Assembly: GCA_000708835.1 (NCBI GenBank)
Contig: DF237115.1
Span: 1 to 64,000 of the forward strand
Source of the DNA: Klebsormidium nitens
Taxonomy: Eukaryota > Plantae > Klebsormidiophyceae
DNA: 64,000 bases
Reading direction: 5' to 3'
In this document: in pieces, positions 47,293 through 59,334 of the stretch
Position numbering within the stretch: the first letter of the stretch is position 1
Layout of the letters: every line of letters begins with the position of its first letter
Position numbers and translations under genes: made by a program
The notes under the pieces: model-generated
Databases searched by the model: none
Told to the model about the DNA's origin: nothing
Seen by the model: only the letters and a program-made list of their open reading frames with translations

Positions 47293-48553
47293 TGGCACCG
47301 CTCAGCTGGACCGGTTGCAGAAGCTTGCGGAGCTCAGTAACGCGGGCTGCAAAGCTATCTTAGCTTGTCGTATACTGTTCTCACACTGACTGTTCTAACA
47401 TACTGAAATTGCTTAGAAGGACTTGTTAACCTGGATTTGTGCATTGTGAATTGTAGCACGTGGCGCCTGGTGTACTTGTGCATTCACTCGATCAGCTCAT
47501 GCAATAGTATGTATTATGGCCGTCGTCGCACATCTGCAGATTGTTTCGTTCCCCATGTTGCAATCAAAGTCGAGATGCACGAAGATTGCATAATGTTGAA
47601 GCTAGCGCGCATCAGTGGCTTGACATAGCTTAGCACGTGCTCGCCTCTAGGTCTCATTCATCGATCATCATGGACTCGAAAGCCATCGTCCGCGATTTTT
47701 GTATATACGAAGTTGAGCCCGCCTCGGTTCAAAGAACAGTTATGGAATTATAGGTATGCCTAGCTAGATAGCTATGCAGCAAGTCGCACGGGCCTTGCTT
47801 ATAAGTGCATCCCGCGTTCAATCAAGCTTCCACCAGAAATTTTCAGCCCGCGGCCTGAGTATTTTTGTGACTTGGAACACAAATTCAGCTGGCTAGCTCT
47901 GGCTGAAAGTGAAACTATAGGACAGGCACACACTGCCAATATCAATATCACAATATTATACAACGAAGAAACGAACATGTAGTAACAAAATGCGTTGGCC
48001 AAGCCAACTCAAAGTCATGTGGGACTCGAGCCTCGGAGTGAAGGAGTGCAACGGCTGTTCAGGCCCAGGGACTGTAGGGCAGACGCCCAAAATAGGTACG
48101 GCACAGGCCACGGTGTGGCCTTTTAGCGCAAGTCACTTGCAGAGGGAGCCCCCAGTTCGACACCGCAGTCCATCGACGGCTCAGCATAATCCGCGCGGTC
48201 AAGGCCACAGCTGGCGGCTCATCGACGGTCACTTTTACTGCCCTGCTGCCCGCAGGGGCTGGTCACACCTCGTCCACCTACTGGTGCAGCAACTGCACCT
48301 TTGCCGAGCAGATCCAGCCTCCTCCGGATGGTGGTGGTGGAATTGTCGATCGAAGCCCTGGACCAAAGGCTGAAGCGCTCTCCAGATGCCCTGTCTATCG
48401 TAAAACCTAGCCTGAGCACTCTCTCTGCGATCCATCTTGGTTCCTGGGTACCGCCTGATCCACGTTGTTGCGGCCAGAGCAGATTTGTAGATTCAATTAG
48501 ATTCAGCATCTAGCTTTGTGCTTGGTGAAGCTCTGGTTCTGTTTCTTGCAGCC

Positions 48554-51500
48554 ATGGAGGCCCTGGTGCAAAATTGCCTTAGAAGAGCGCTGCAGGGCTC
48601 TAGATCTGTCACAACTCATTCTGCTGCACAGAGGACTGCGGCAAAGTGTCGACCGCATGCAGCTGTGATAGCAAGTCCGTTCTACTGCGAGGAAAACCTT
48701 CTTTCTGGCAGCACTGCAATCGCCTCGGCTCAGAGCTTACCACCACCAAAAGATCAGATTGTGGTCCCTCTAGCAGGACACACTACTCTGTCAAATGGTA
48801 AAAGCGCTGGGAGAACAGTGTTTGATCTGATAGCTCATGGAGGCCAGCAGACGATGTCTCAAGCAACAGGTTCTGGCGGCAGGAATGGATCTTACCAGAA
48901 CTGGTTGGCGGCAGGAGCTTTCCCTGTTGCGGTTGCGGCATACAGTGGTGTCGCTCTGGCAAAAGAAAAGGCGCCACTGGCGCTGCCAGGGGAAGTCGTG
49001 CTGTACCAGTATGAAGCATGCCCGTTCTGCAACAAAGTGAAAGGTGAGAGGTGTGCGGTTGATGCTTGTGTGGAGAGTGGACCAGATATCTTGTCGTTGA
49101 CAATGGATACGATGAGCTTTTCACGTGCTAATTGACAAAGGTTTGGTGCTCCTGGTTTCTGACTTTCCCGCAAGTGGTGGTGCAAGGAGAGTCCACCTCA
49201 ATTTTGAATTGCAACGGTGTTTAGCAGGTCATGAGTTAGAGCCCTGATTATGTCTCGCAACGCCGCTCCGATCAGGTGCATATTGTCCGAGACCCTGCTT
49301 ATTCGCAAGATCGCTGCCCGGATTTGTTAGAATTCACACCGCCCTCTCCAACATAAGTTTTGAAGTCACAACTTTCCTTAAATTTCCAAAGGAGGTTAAC
49401 AACTTGTTGACAGTCTGGTTTGTTCCAGATTGTAGTTGTGGACGTCATCAGTTGGCTTTTCACCTGCTATCACCGACCGGTTAAGAAAACGGAAACTCTT
49501 TCCTGGAAGATGTTAGGACACCCGCTCACTTATCATCTGAGGATTTGGCTCGCGCTCTTATTGTGCAGCATTCCTGGATTACCATGACATCAGCTACAAG
49601 GTGGTTGAGGTGAACCCCATTGGCAAGAAGGAGCTCAAATGGTCAGAGTACAAGAAGGTGCCGGTGTTGGTTGTAGATGGGGAGCCGCTGAACGACTCCA
49701 CAAGTGAGCTCTCGTTTCCTCTCTTCTCTCCTTTCTTCCAAACGGTCTTTGTGCTTGAAAGGTGTGAAGCAGCAGGGGTCCGATCTAGTTAACAGTCCAG
49801 AATGCATGGGTGCTGTTTTCAAAAGCCTAATGATACAGAGTTGTTTCAAAATTCGGATTTGCAAGGTCCGCCGGGTTTGATCTGATTCCGCAGCAGGCAC
49901 GAACCTCAACGTATACACATTTGCGGCCTCCTTGCATGCCGCGGCGATTCTGTCTCATTTTTGGAGGACTGGGTATCGATTTCGACGGATGCGTCGTCAA
50001 TGCCTGGCCCCGAGTCAAATGCACACTACCACTTTAAGCAAGCCCCCTCTGCGGTTTTCCGTCTTGGGATCTGTCTCAATCTGCTGATTTTTACGCCAGT
50101 AGCGCGCAAATCGAACAGGGTCGTTTTCTCAGTAAGATTGTATTTTGACCGTTTCGGTCAGAATAACTTGTTTTCGTCTCTGTCCAGACATTATTTCCTT
50201 GTTGGACGAGCGGATCTATGGGAAGGACAAGAAGCCTGTCGCATCGAACACGGAAGAGGAGAAGTGGCGAAGGTGAGCTGTAAGCTTCTGCAACACGAAG
50301 CACGTTCCCTTGATCTGCTGACGGTCGCTGTTGCCACAAAGCTGTCCTGCTCACAGTTGGTACCAAGAAAAGTCCTCCTCACGAAAATGTGAATCCAGAT
50401 CCCTGGGCGGAAAGTTTCAAGAAAGTTGAAGGGCCCCCTGTCAAAAAGTTTTTCGACCCGGCTCCGGCTCACACCACCCGCAGTTACTGCGATCAATTTT
50501 CTGTTGGCCACCTCATGTACCGCCTGGCTTTGAGAGATTTAAGAAAAAAGTTGCCACATTTTTAAAGACAGCTTCCTGATTGAAAGAAGCTGTAGCTGAA
50601 GTCTGTTGTCATATATTGTGCTCACATCTACTGAATGATGCACGAGCAAACCTGTGACGAGGCGCACCTGCGGTGACACTGGATTGTAGATACCATTCAC
50701 GAGCATCAGACAGTTCTGAGAAGGTCCTGACAGCTTTTTTCGAACACTTTACTGCTAACCTTACTGAACTGACGGCAGAAAACACGATGGCTTCCTAAGG
50801 AGAGGGGCCTGTGGCAATTTCCTCACTGTGGGCATACCATGTCGATCGCTGACGTCATACCACGTCACTCGCTGACGTCGTCACGATCTCTTCCGAGCAG
50901 TTGGGTCGACGACTACTTCGTGCACCTGCTCTCGCCCAACATCTACCGCACGCCGTCTGAAGCCCTTGAGGCCTTCGACTACATCACGACAAACGGTGAG
51001 CTGTCACACCTTTGGCTCTGCATTGCTAGATCTGGGTGCTGGTGTTTGCAGGGTCGTACGAACCTGGAACGCGAGAGGAGTGCGCAGAGTCGAGGAGTAG
51101 AGCCCTTCGCCTTCTTTCAAAAGGAGGTTGACTGTCAGATGGTGCTAGACATAGCTAAACAGCTTCTTCAAAACTTGAGCTTTGATGGGGGTTGTTGCAT
51201 CGTTTCTGGGTTGTGGTCCTATCCAGCATCCCTCAAATGGATCAATACTGCACGGCATCGACTTGGCGGCAATAGCCCCCGGATCATTTTGGTAATAATT
51301 AGTCTCTACTTGCCGAGAATTCAATCCAACTGAGCATTGAGCTTCGACTCACTTCGGAAAATGACCGGAGCTTTGAAGCGTGGTGGCAGAGATCTGCCAA
51401 TTGTTTCCCGCCAAGCTCCCAGCTTGGCTTTCCTTCGCAAGCCTTGGGATGAAGGAGACTCCTTTTTCCTTCTTTCCTAACGGAAGCGGCCCTTCTTCGG

Positions 51501-52275
51501 GTTTGCATCGACATAGTCGTCACGAGTCGGCCGAGTCTTCGTCGTCGAAGCGTCGGACTTGAAGAAGGTGGGTTTCTGAAGGTCAACGATTCTACGTGAG
51601 CGACCCTGTCTAGATGACTGTTGAGAGCTGTGATGTCTTTTCTCTTGCAGGAAATTTTACGGCCTGGGAGCGCGCATATGCAAAGTACAGCGGAGCAATC
51701 GCGATGTACTTCGTGGGGAAGCGGCTCAAGAAGAAGCACAACATCGAGGACGAGAGGCGGGACCTCTTTCAAGCCGCGGACAAGTGGGTCGACGCCGTAG
51801 GGGGGCGACAATTCATGGGTAAGCCTCTGTCTTGATCTTCGATTGTCTTGATGTCGAATATTCCTGTTTCTCTTCTTTTCTTCCTTCTCTGTTTTCATAT
51901 TGTTTTTCCTGGTTATTTTCTGAATCGTGCACTTGTCTGTATTGTCTCCGTCACCCGCTTTCACGAAACCGGAAATTTTCAATCCATTTTCAGTTTTGTA
52001 TATCCTTGCCCACTTGATGCCGATCTGGAGCACCAGAGTCGCCCGCTCAAAACAGCCGCAATAACGTTGCAATCACTGACAAAGTTCAATAATGTATTTC
52101 AGGTGGCGAAAAGCCGAACCTTGCAGACCTTGCGGTGTTTGGGGTGTTACGGCCCATTCGGAACATGCAAACAGGCCGGGACTTGATGGCAAATAGCAAG
52201 ATCGGGCCTTGGTATGCTCGAATGGAGGCCGAAGTGGGGGAAAGCAACAGGCTTTCGGATGCGCCACATGTATGA
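48554..52275 (+). CDS. PTGES2: Prostaglandin E synthase 2-like glutaredoxin/GST-family protein; 6 exons, 381 aa
   Basis: Exons 48554-49043, 49569-49703, 50188-50272, 50901-50995, 51651-51818 and 52103-52275 are in frame. Motifs LYQYEACPFCNKVK|AFLDYHDI, VEVNP...KKVPVL, WVDDYFVHLLSPNIYRTPSEALEAFDYI and PNLADLAVFGVLRPI. Confidence 0.93.
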
Positions 52276-52920
52276 TGAGATTTTACAAGAGCTACGTATA
52301 TAATGTGACAGGATTGGGCGACTTATCTGTCGAAACTGAAGTACAGGTGATACCATATTCTTGGCATCCCGCCGCAGTGTTTCTCAGTTCGCTAATCTGT
52401 GATGCACCTTATAATGTCAAATGAAGCGGTGAAAGTCTGTACTGACCAAGGTAATTGAACTGGTAATACGTCGTCAGCAGGCCAAGGCGACTTCGAGCCA
52501 ATACAAGCTAGATAAGTACGTGGCACGCATATGGCCTCTTCAAGTTGATAGCCTGCGCTTCCAACGTACCCAACATCCATCGCACAATCACGCGGGAAAT
52601 GTAGTATCGGTTTCGATGTTCAGCATGCATCATTGTTTCGTTGAGAAACGCGTACGTTTGAACCCCGGACACATGGCCTGTGATGGCTGGTGCATGATCG
52701 AACGTATGTTAATTCCTGCAATTTCAATCGAATGGTCATTGAATCTGCATGCACGGTTTTCGCATTGTGTGCTCATTACCTCAAGTTGAAGTTGGATTGA
52801 CCATGCATGCCCACTGAGTATTGAGCAAATCCAGCTCATGCACTCCGGCAATGATGGACTCCGTCAAACTCCAACAATAATGAGGCGAAATGCATGATAT
52901 TCTGCCGTTTCAAACCAATG

Positions 52921-53136
52921 GCACTTATGCGCTCCTGACGTTCCCATATATGCCGTATGATCTGAGTCTTCAACACTGCATGCAGCTAGCCTGAGGCTCG
53001 ATAACTTATTCTGCAAACGCGCGCTAGCCCATGCACTTATACGTTCCCATATATGCCGTATGATCTAAGTCTTCAACACTGCATCATTGCAGCTAGCCTG
53101 AGGCTCCATAACTTATTCTGCAAACGCGCGCTAGCC
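52921..53136. repeat. About 107-bp intergenic tandem duplication
   Basis: gcacttat...acgttcccatatatgccgtatgatct...aaacgcgcgctagcc occurs at 52921-53029 and 53030-53136 with few differences. Confidence 0.9.
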
Positions 53137-53235
53137 GCGGCGCGCAAGCTTGTGCATTACGCGGCCGCCCTCGCGGAGCCGGCCGCGCGGCCGCTTGATG
53201 AGAGCTGCGGCACGTGCCAGATTGCATGGATAGTA

Positions 53236-53498
53236 CCGTACTGGCAAAGGAATTCACCCCCATCGGCCGAGAATAATTATGGAAGTTTTAAGGTTTCGCC
53301 AAGGGGTCTGAGAAGTTATTTTACATTTCGCGGCAAGCAAATTTTTGAATTTTTACCCTTTATTTTAGCAGATTCGAGCTATTTTCTATTATTTTACTGG
53401 TTTCTCCTTTTCGCCCTGGGGGCCCAATTTAGTTTCCAACTTTTCGTTTTTCCTCAAAATAATTATTTAAAGGTGAATTCCTTTGCCGGTACGTACGG
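53236..53498. mobile_element. TA-flanked Tc1/mariner-type (Stowaway-like) MITE, 263 bp
   Basis: gtactggcaaaggaattcacc (53238-53258) versus ggtgaattcctttgccggtac (53472-53492) is a 20/21 inverted match. The element reads TA|CCGTAC...GTACGG|TA and has an AT-rich interior. Confidence 0.75.
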
Positions 53499-53638
53499 TA
53501 GTAATAGTACCGCCTGAGCAGGCTGAGGCTGAGCTGTTTTGCCATTTGCCATATGATTCTGAAAGCTGCTCCCAAGGTAGACGTCTTGCAGGCGCTCAGC
53601 CATTTGCAATCCTGATTGCCTCCTGGGATGAGCCAACA

Positions 53639-56600
53639 ATGCGGAACCTGATCAGCAGGGCGGCACGCCAGCTGACTCAGAAACCCTTGGGATTCCAACA
53701 CTGCGGTTGGCAAGGCGCATTCGGTGGGGCGTTCAGTGGCAGCAGCGGGTACCACCAAAACAGCTTTCAGTCCTCGAGTCTCCCTAAAATCTGTTTGCAA
53801 ACTCCTCTGGAGTCCAACACTCACCTAGGATGCTCTTATGACAATAACTTTGTGTCGCAGATTAAGACAAAGCTCTTCTTAGTCCAGCACCATAAGGACG
53901 ATAAAGACAATGCTAAAGACGCGATAAAGGCAGCGCTCTCCTCAATCGAGCATCATTGTAGCACGTTGCGATTGCAAGCCTCGGCGCAGAACCACAGCCA
54001 TGGAAACGCTGCTGCCATACTTTCAAGAGCACCGGCAGGGCGTGACGAATCTCCTCCGCAGTTTGGATTCACAACAGGTGCTGCCAATCTCGCAGGCAGA
54101 GCTTTGCCCAAAGCTCTTCATGAGCATCTCCATCGTGGTTGTTCTGGTCCTTTTTCCAGCCCTCTTCCCCACGCTCTTCCCAGACCTGATGCACAACCTG
54201 CTGCCAAATCTCGCGGCAAACCTGAGCTCGATCTACGGCAACATGGCGCCCCCGTTCGTGACGTCGCTCTTCCCGCAACTGGCGTGAACTCCCTTGCAAA
54301 TGTCGGCAGGGTCTGGACTAGGAAGAGCGTCTTTGGTGGTGTCGTCGAAGCATCAGGGATGCAAGCAGGTTATTCCTCCGCCGATGGTTTGCAGATGTTT
54401 GGCGTCTCAATGAGTCAAATGGTGCACTCGACTGGAACTAGGGGTTTCAGGTCAGGGGCCGGGGGCAGCGTTTTGCTGGCAGAGGAAAGTGATGGTTCGG
54501 AGGTGGCTGTAGATGGAAGCAACAGCTCGGAGGTGGCGGTTAGCAATGGGGCCTCGGAGGTGGCGCCGGAGGGCAAGAGAAAGTACGGCCCAAGGAAGAG
54601 CACGCGCATCCCGCGGAGCATCGTCGGCAGCTACGATGAGGTACATTTTTCATCGCCTATGACTTTACATTGTGCTCTTCTATGAGTGATTCAAGTATTT
54701 TTTTGGGAAAAGTCATTTGGAAAGAGGCCAGAAGAAAGAAGTTTCTGCTTCTGCTATCCAACCAAAATTGCTGGGGTTCACACTAAGATCTTTGTCGGCA
54801 GGCTTCGAAACTGCAGCCATGTTTCACTTGTGCGATCCTGATGCTGCCTATCCTCTTTGAAGTCCAAAGATTGGATTCGGCCAGACGACTAGTCAGCTGC
54901 CTACGTTAACGCACATGCAAAGGAGGATCAACAAGTCTCTGGATTGTACGAAAGCTGCCACTGGGTTTTTAGATCTACTTTGCGTCTGTTCCCGGTTGCT
55001 TCTCTGGCCCTTGCCAGTGATCTTCAAAGCTCGCTCTGTGTTGGTGAGCTCCATCTTGGTGAGTCCAACGCCTGCAGACCTCTTGAATCTTTCAAAAGAA
55101 CCATTCCACTATCCACTATCCACTAAGCATCGATCCACTCAAAACTCATAGGGAAAGGAGAAGGGGGAGAGAAGAAGGAGAACCGAAGGACATCGTTCTG
55201 ATCATTGTGTGCTTGTCAGAGGAGCCAACCTAACTTCCTTTCCTTACTCTGTCTCTTGAGGCCTTTCCGGCCAGTCTTCTTCTTTCAGCAATGAAGGTAT
55301 GGGATGGGATTGGTCCGACCTCCTTTTACTGCAGCCAAACCTTTGCAGTCAGAGCATGGGAAGTCAGGTCATTATTTCTCCAGTATTGACCGTGATTTTC
55401 CCAGACAGTGCTGATTCGGCAAAACGCTAAGCTCCGTTTTCTCGACCTGATGCGCACCAGCAAGCAATGCAAAGGTCGTGTCGAGTTCAAAAAAATGCTC
55501 GATCTGATTCAAACCAAGCCCTTAACCCTGGTTTGCAGGAATTTGAGGATGAGCTCGACTTGGCGGAGCCATCCCCGTGGCAAGATGAGATGTACAACAT
55601 CCGGCCCCGCGTCGACAGGTTCATGATGGACGAGCTCGGCGCAAACGCGCCCCTCGACATCGAGGAGTTAGTCGCAGGTTAGGCCCCGTTTACTTAACCC
55701 AGCCACTTGTTGATTGGGTTGAGCAGTTAGGAGAACCCAATTGACACCCTCCTCTCTCCGATCGCTGCATATCAGGCGCAGTTCTGTTGTTGCTTCCTTT
55801 ACTGGTACTCATTCCTTAAGTCTACTAGGCTGAGGGAGTCGCTGATTGGTACTGGGCATAATAAGGCATACCACCTTGCTTAGATACCATCGCATCTACC
55901 TAGCTTTGGGATCAGGTACAAACTTTTACCCCAGCCTTGTTTTAAACTTTTACCCCAGCCTTGTTTTAGATGAGCAATCTCAATCCTTGGTTGCATTCGT
56001 GAATTGGTGTGGACCTCCATCTCTGTCTGATGTTTGCATATTTGGACGAGCCTCTCTGCTGCTATTTGTCACTTGTGTTCTTTGATCATTCCCTCATCAC
56101 TGTAGCGCACCGTTCTTCTCAACAAACCCCGGACAGCTGTTCGCTTATATCATCTCTCGCCATGCGCAACTTGTTCTCTGTCCCTGCAAAAGTGGAGTGC
56201 TCTGTTGATTTTGAGCTGTTCTTCCTCCTCAAACCTGCAGAAGCGGACGTTCTGGGCCTCACATCTCAATTTCCTGATGCGTACGCTCCCCCTGTCTTTA
56301 GAGTCCGCAACTCTTCCCGTGCTATTGCAGAATTGGAAGTCCATTGTTGACTCGGGCCGTTCTTCCTCCTCAAACTGCAGAAGCGGACGACCTGGGCCTC
56401 GTGTCCGAGGTCCCCCCCGGCCTTGATTTCGCAAGTTGTCCCGTGCCTGCAAAATCGGAAAGTTTTGTCGACTCGAACCCTTTTCCCCCTAAATTTCTAA
56501 ATTGCAACCAGTCCTGGGCCACTGCAGTTATCAAAGTTTCAAGTATGTCAGTCCAAGCTCTTGTTGCTCCTCAAATCTGCAGAAGCGGACGACCTGGGCC

Positions 56601-59334
56601 TCGTGTCCGAGATCCCCGACGCATACGCGGGCCTCCCGCTCGTGCTCCGCTGGGAGACGCGCTTCGTGCTCGCGCCCGGGCCGAGCGCGCACCACCCGCT
56701 CAACCGCAAGGTCAAGCTGCAAACCTACCTGCGGGATTTGGAGCTAAGCGAGAAGGCGCGCGAGCGGATGATCGCGCTAGTCGGGCCGCGTTTCAATCGG
56801 CGGAGCGACGAGCTGACACTCGTCAGCCAGAGGTGAGAGTAGTCTCCATATCACAATAATTTGCACGCTTACCAGACGAGATCGTCAGGCTGGTATGGGG
56901 GTTTAGGGTGGGGCAGAAGTGCTGAGCGGATGACGTTGTGGGTCCGTTTTCTTGTACCAGCGTCAATTCTTTTATGATTTCAAGCTTATTAAGACTTAAA
57001 GGCATCTTAGAGCGTTATAGACGTGAGGACAAGCGAGTTTTGCGACTAACAATCTTTGGGCTCATCGGTTACTCTGGTCGGAAGGTGGACTGCAGGCTTC
57101 GTTTGTTTTCTTTCTGATGCCAGTAGCCGTCGATCCTTTTTGGGCTGCAATCTGACCGTACGCTCTGGTTTTCGTCTTTTTGCTCAACGGCTTCGACCGG
57201 TGCAACACGAGCTGACACTTGTCGTGCAAAAGTGAGCAGGAAATTCCGCTTTCCGCTTGCCAACGCTCGTCGTTCCGTTTCCAGAACCGGCCCCGGCCTC
57301 CGCTTCTTCGTATCTTCGTCTCCACGCTGTCGAGCAGCTCCCTGTATTCTGATCGCTCTGCAGATCTTTGGTCGTCTTTCATGTGCTTGAACTCTGCCAA
57401 GTGAAACTCTGCACTTTCCGTGAGCTCGGCCTGTCATGGGGGGGGTTTCTGGTTTGTTGGAACCTCTGGGTTAAACAACGCAACACTGAGCTGGCACTTA
57501 GGCAGCGAGAGGCGGTTCGGGCTTAGGCAGCGAGAGGCGATCCGGGTCCCTTGTCTAATATAGCCAAGAGGTTTCCAGTCGAAGCTGGGTGCACAGCCGC
57601 CGGATGGAGTGCGGTTCGGTCGGGGCTGTGATCTGAGATTAGTGTTTGCCTTTTCCAAATCCTACAATCTGATCTTGCCATGCTGATTGCTACTTAAAGC
57701 GGGCTGGTGTTGGTCAGCCAGACGCAAAGTTCGCTGGTGCTCCGCTCTTCCGTTGGCGTTCGTTCCTTTTCCGCGTTTGTTGATCTTTGGTCAGCCGCGA
57801 AGTGCGCTGCTTCCGGACGATTCTCTGAGGCCGTCGACTCTAATGCGGCTCTTGGTTCGTTGATTTCGTTTCTTATAGTTCTGGTTCGTCCTGTTTCAAT
57901 CTTTGGGTCATCGTATTTCGATCTTTGGTTCGTTTTCCGGTTTCTGTAACTGATGATCGTAAGCAACTCTTGGCTCTTCTTGAATTCTTCGCCGGTCCCG
58001 GTTGAACAATTGCTCTATGTTAGATTCTTTCCGTTTGGTCGTGGACGTACTTACTCACGCCTTGTCTGTTGTGGGTGGCCCATATTTCCGTCGATCCCCG
58101 TTTAGCGTACCAAAGGTCGCCTTCCGTTTCCCGGTTTGTTCCGTTCCTTGGAGTCTTACTATGGCATCTTTTCTCATTCTACAAATGTCAATATTCATCC
58201 CAGAGGTTTGCTGGTATCGCTCCCCCGGCCGACACTAGCGGAGAAGCTCCCTTGTCACTTCCAGAAATCGAAAGGGACGGAATACGCCGTCACTTTCCGC
58301 GGTTGCTCCGTCAGCCAAGGGCAACGACGTGGGCCTGCCTGTTGGCCCTTTCCAATGGTCTGCTTCGAATGTTCGCCAACTATTCGTACTAGAAACTCGA
58401 TAGACTTGCACTTAAATGGGAAAATAACCTAGAAGTGAAGGGACGCGATGAGGACGGGTGAGGTCAGCATGCGGCTAAGAGTGAGTTGGGCTGCGTTAAG
58501 AAGGCTTTGCTAGTTTCCGACTGAGTTCAGAATGTAAGCTTACAGCCATGTAAAGTATTGGCAGTCCGTTTCGAACTTGTTGCTATCCACTCAGAAAACA
58601 GGCCGAGATCACTCTAGTGGCGTCCAAATTTAGAAACGAGTCGGCGTTTCCGTTTTCGTATCGGTGACTCTGGTCCTCGAGTGTGGTTGACCGATTCTTC
58701 TCACTTGTGCCGCTGCTTGAGCTTTCAGTCGCATCGGTTGGTCCATATTTTGACCCAATACAACAAATTGGACAAAAGTGCCCTCGTCTCATTGGCATCG
58801 GGTTCTGGCTGTATTCTCGACCTTCGTAATCCTTGCACTCCAGGTATGTGACGTGTTCTTGGGTAATTCTTCATTCCATGTCATGTCTTCTCATAGGCCC
58901 AAGTGGGGCGGCCCTTACTACTTTCTGTTGGATGCACGTCTGCAACCGGTATTCTGTGTTCTTCTTCACAAGCTCAAAGCAGATACACTTCCACTCCTCT
59001 CGTTCGCTACCCTCCAAAAGCAGACGTCTGCATGTTATCTGGACAAGTCCTTCAGGTGACTCGACGCCCTCTGACCTGTTGCAAAACCCTCTTCTGAGAC
59101 TGCTTGCAAGGGTGGGAGGAATTATTTGCGATGATAAAACATCAATGACTGAAGACCCCATTCTCAAATCCTAGCAACAGATCAGTCCGTCACATCGTAG
59201 GATGCCATCTTCGCCCCCGCAGGTACTCTCATCGGGAAGAAAATCGGAAGGACGTCCTTCGAATCCTCTATGCACTGATTGAGGAGTCGAAGAAAGCGGA
59301 CATTGAGGGGGACGAATTGGCAGCCGTTGCCTGA
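53639..59334 (+). CDS. MRPS35: Mitochondrial ribosomal small-subunit protein mS35 (MRP-S28/RSM24 domain); 4 exons
   Basis: Exons 53639-54640, 55539-55677, 56583-56832 and 59223-59334 are in frame. Domain text LRWETRFVLAPG...HHPLNRKVKLQTYLRDLELS...LVGPRFNRRSDELTLVSQR|YSHREENRKDVLRILYALIEE. The start codon and the very long N-terminus are less certain. Confidence 0.85.
55920..55967. repeat. 24-bp perfect tandem repeat x2 in mS35 intron 2
   Basis: aaacttttaccccagccttgtttt occurs twice in tandem. Confidence 0.9.
56220..56420 (+). repeat. Intronic duplicates of the acceptor plus 5' end of mS35 exon 3 (2 extra copies)
   Basis: ctcctcaaa(c)ctgcag|AAGCGGACG...CTGGGCCTC with AG at 56239-40 and 56379-80. 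The functional acceptor AG is at 56581-82. Confidence 0.9.
57497..57546. repeat. 25-bp tandem repeat x2 in mS35 intron 3
   Basis: cttaggcagcgagaggcggttcggg followed by cttaggcagcgagaggcgatccggg. Confidence 0.85.

Noticed and set aside
48328-48668. Possible spliced upstream ORF overlapping the PTGES2 start (MVVVELSIEALDQRLKR...)
   Set aside because: It depends on a weak GTAAAA donor I cannot verify, and there is no conservation evidence.
57005-57080. Possible echo of mS35 exon 4 (RYRREDKRVLRLTIFGLI)
   Set aside because: There is only vague amino-acid resemblance, and the nucleotide similarity is not convincing.
57062-57966. Charged minus-strand ORFs in the 2.4-kb mS35 intron 3, with a recurring (c)caaagat motif
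   Set aside because: They are explained by the T-rich sense-strand composition of the intron. There is no ATG-initiated coherent model and no TE domain.
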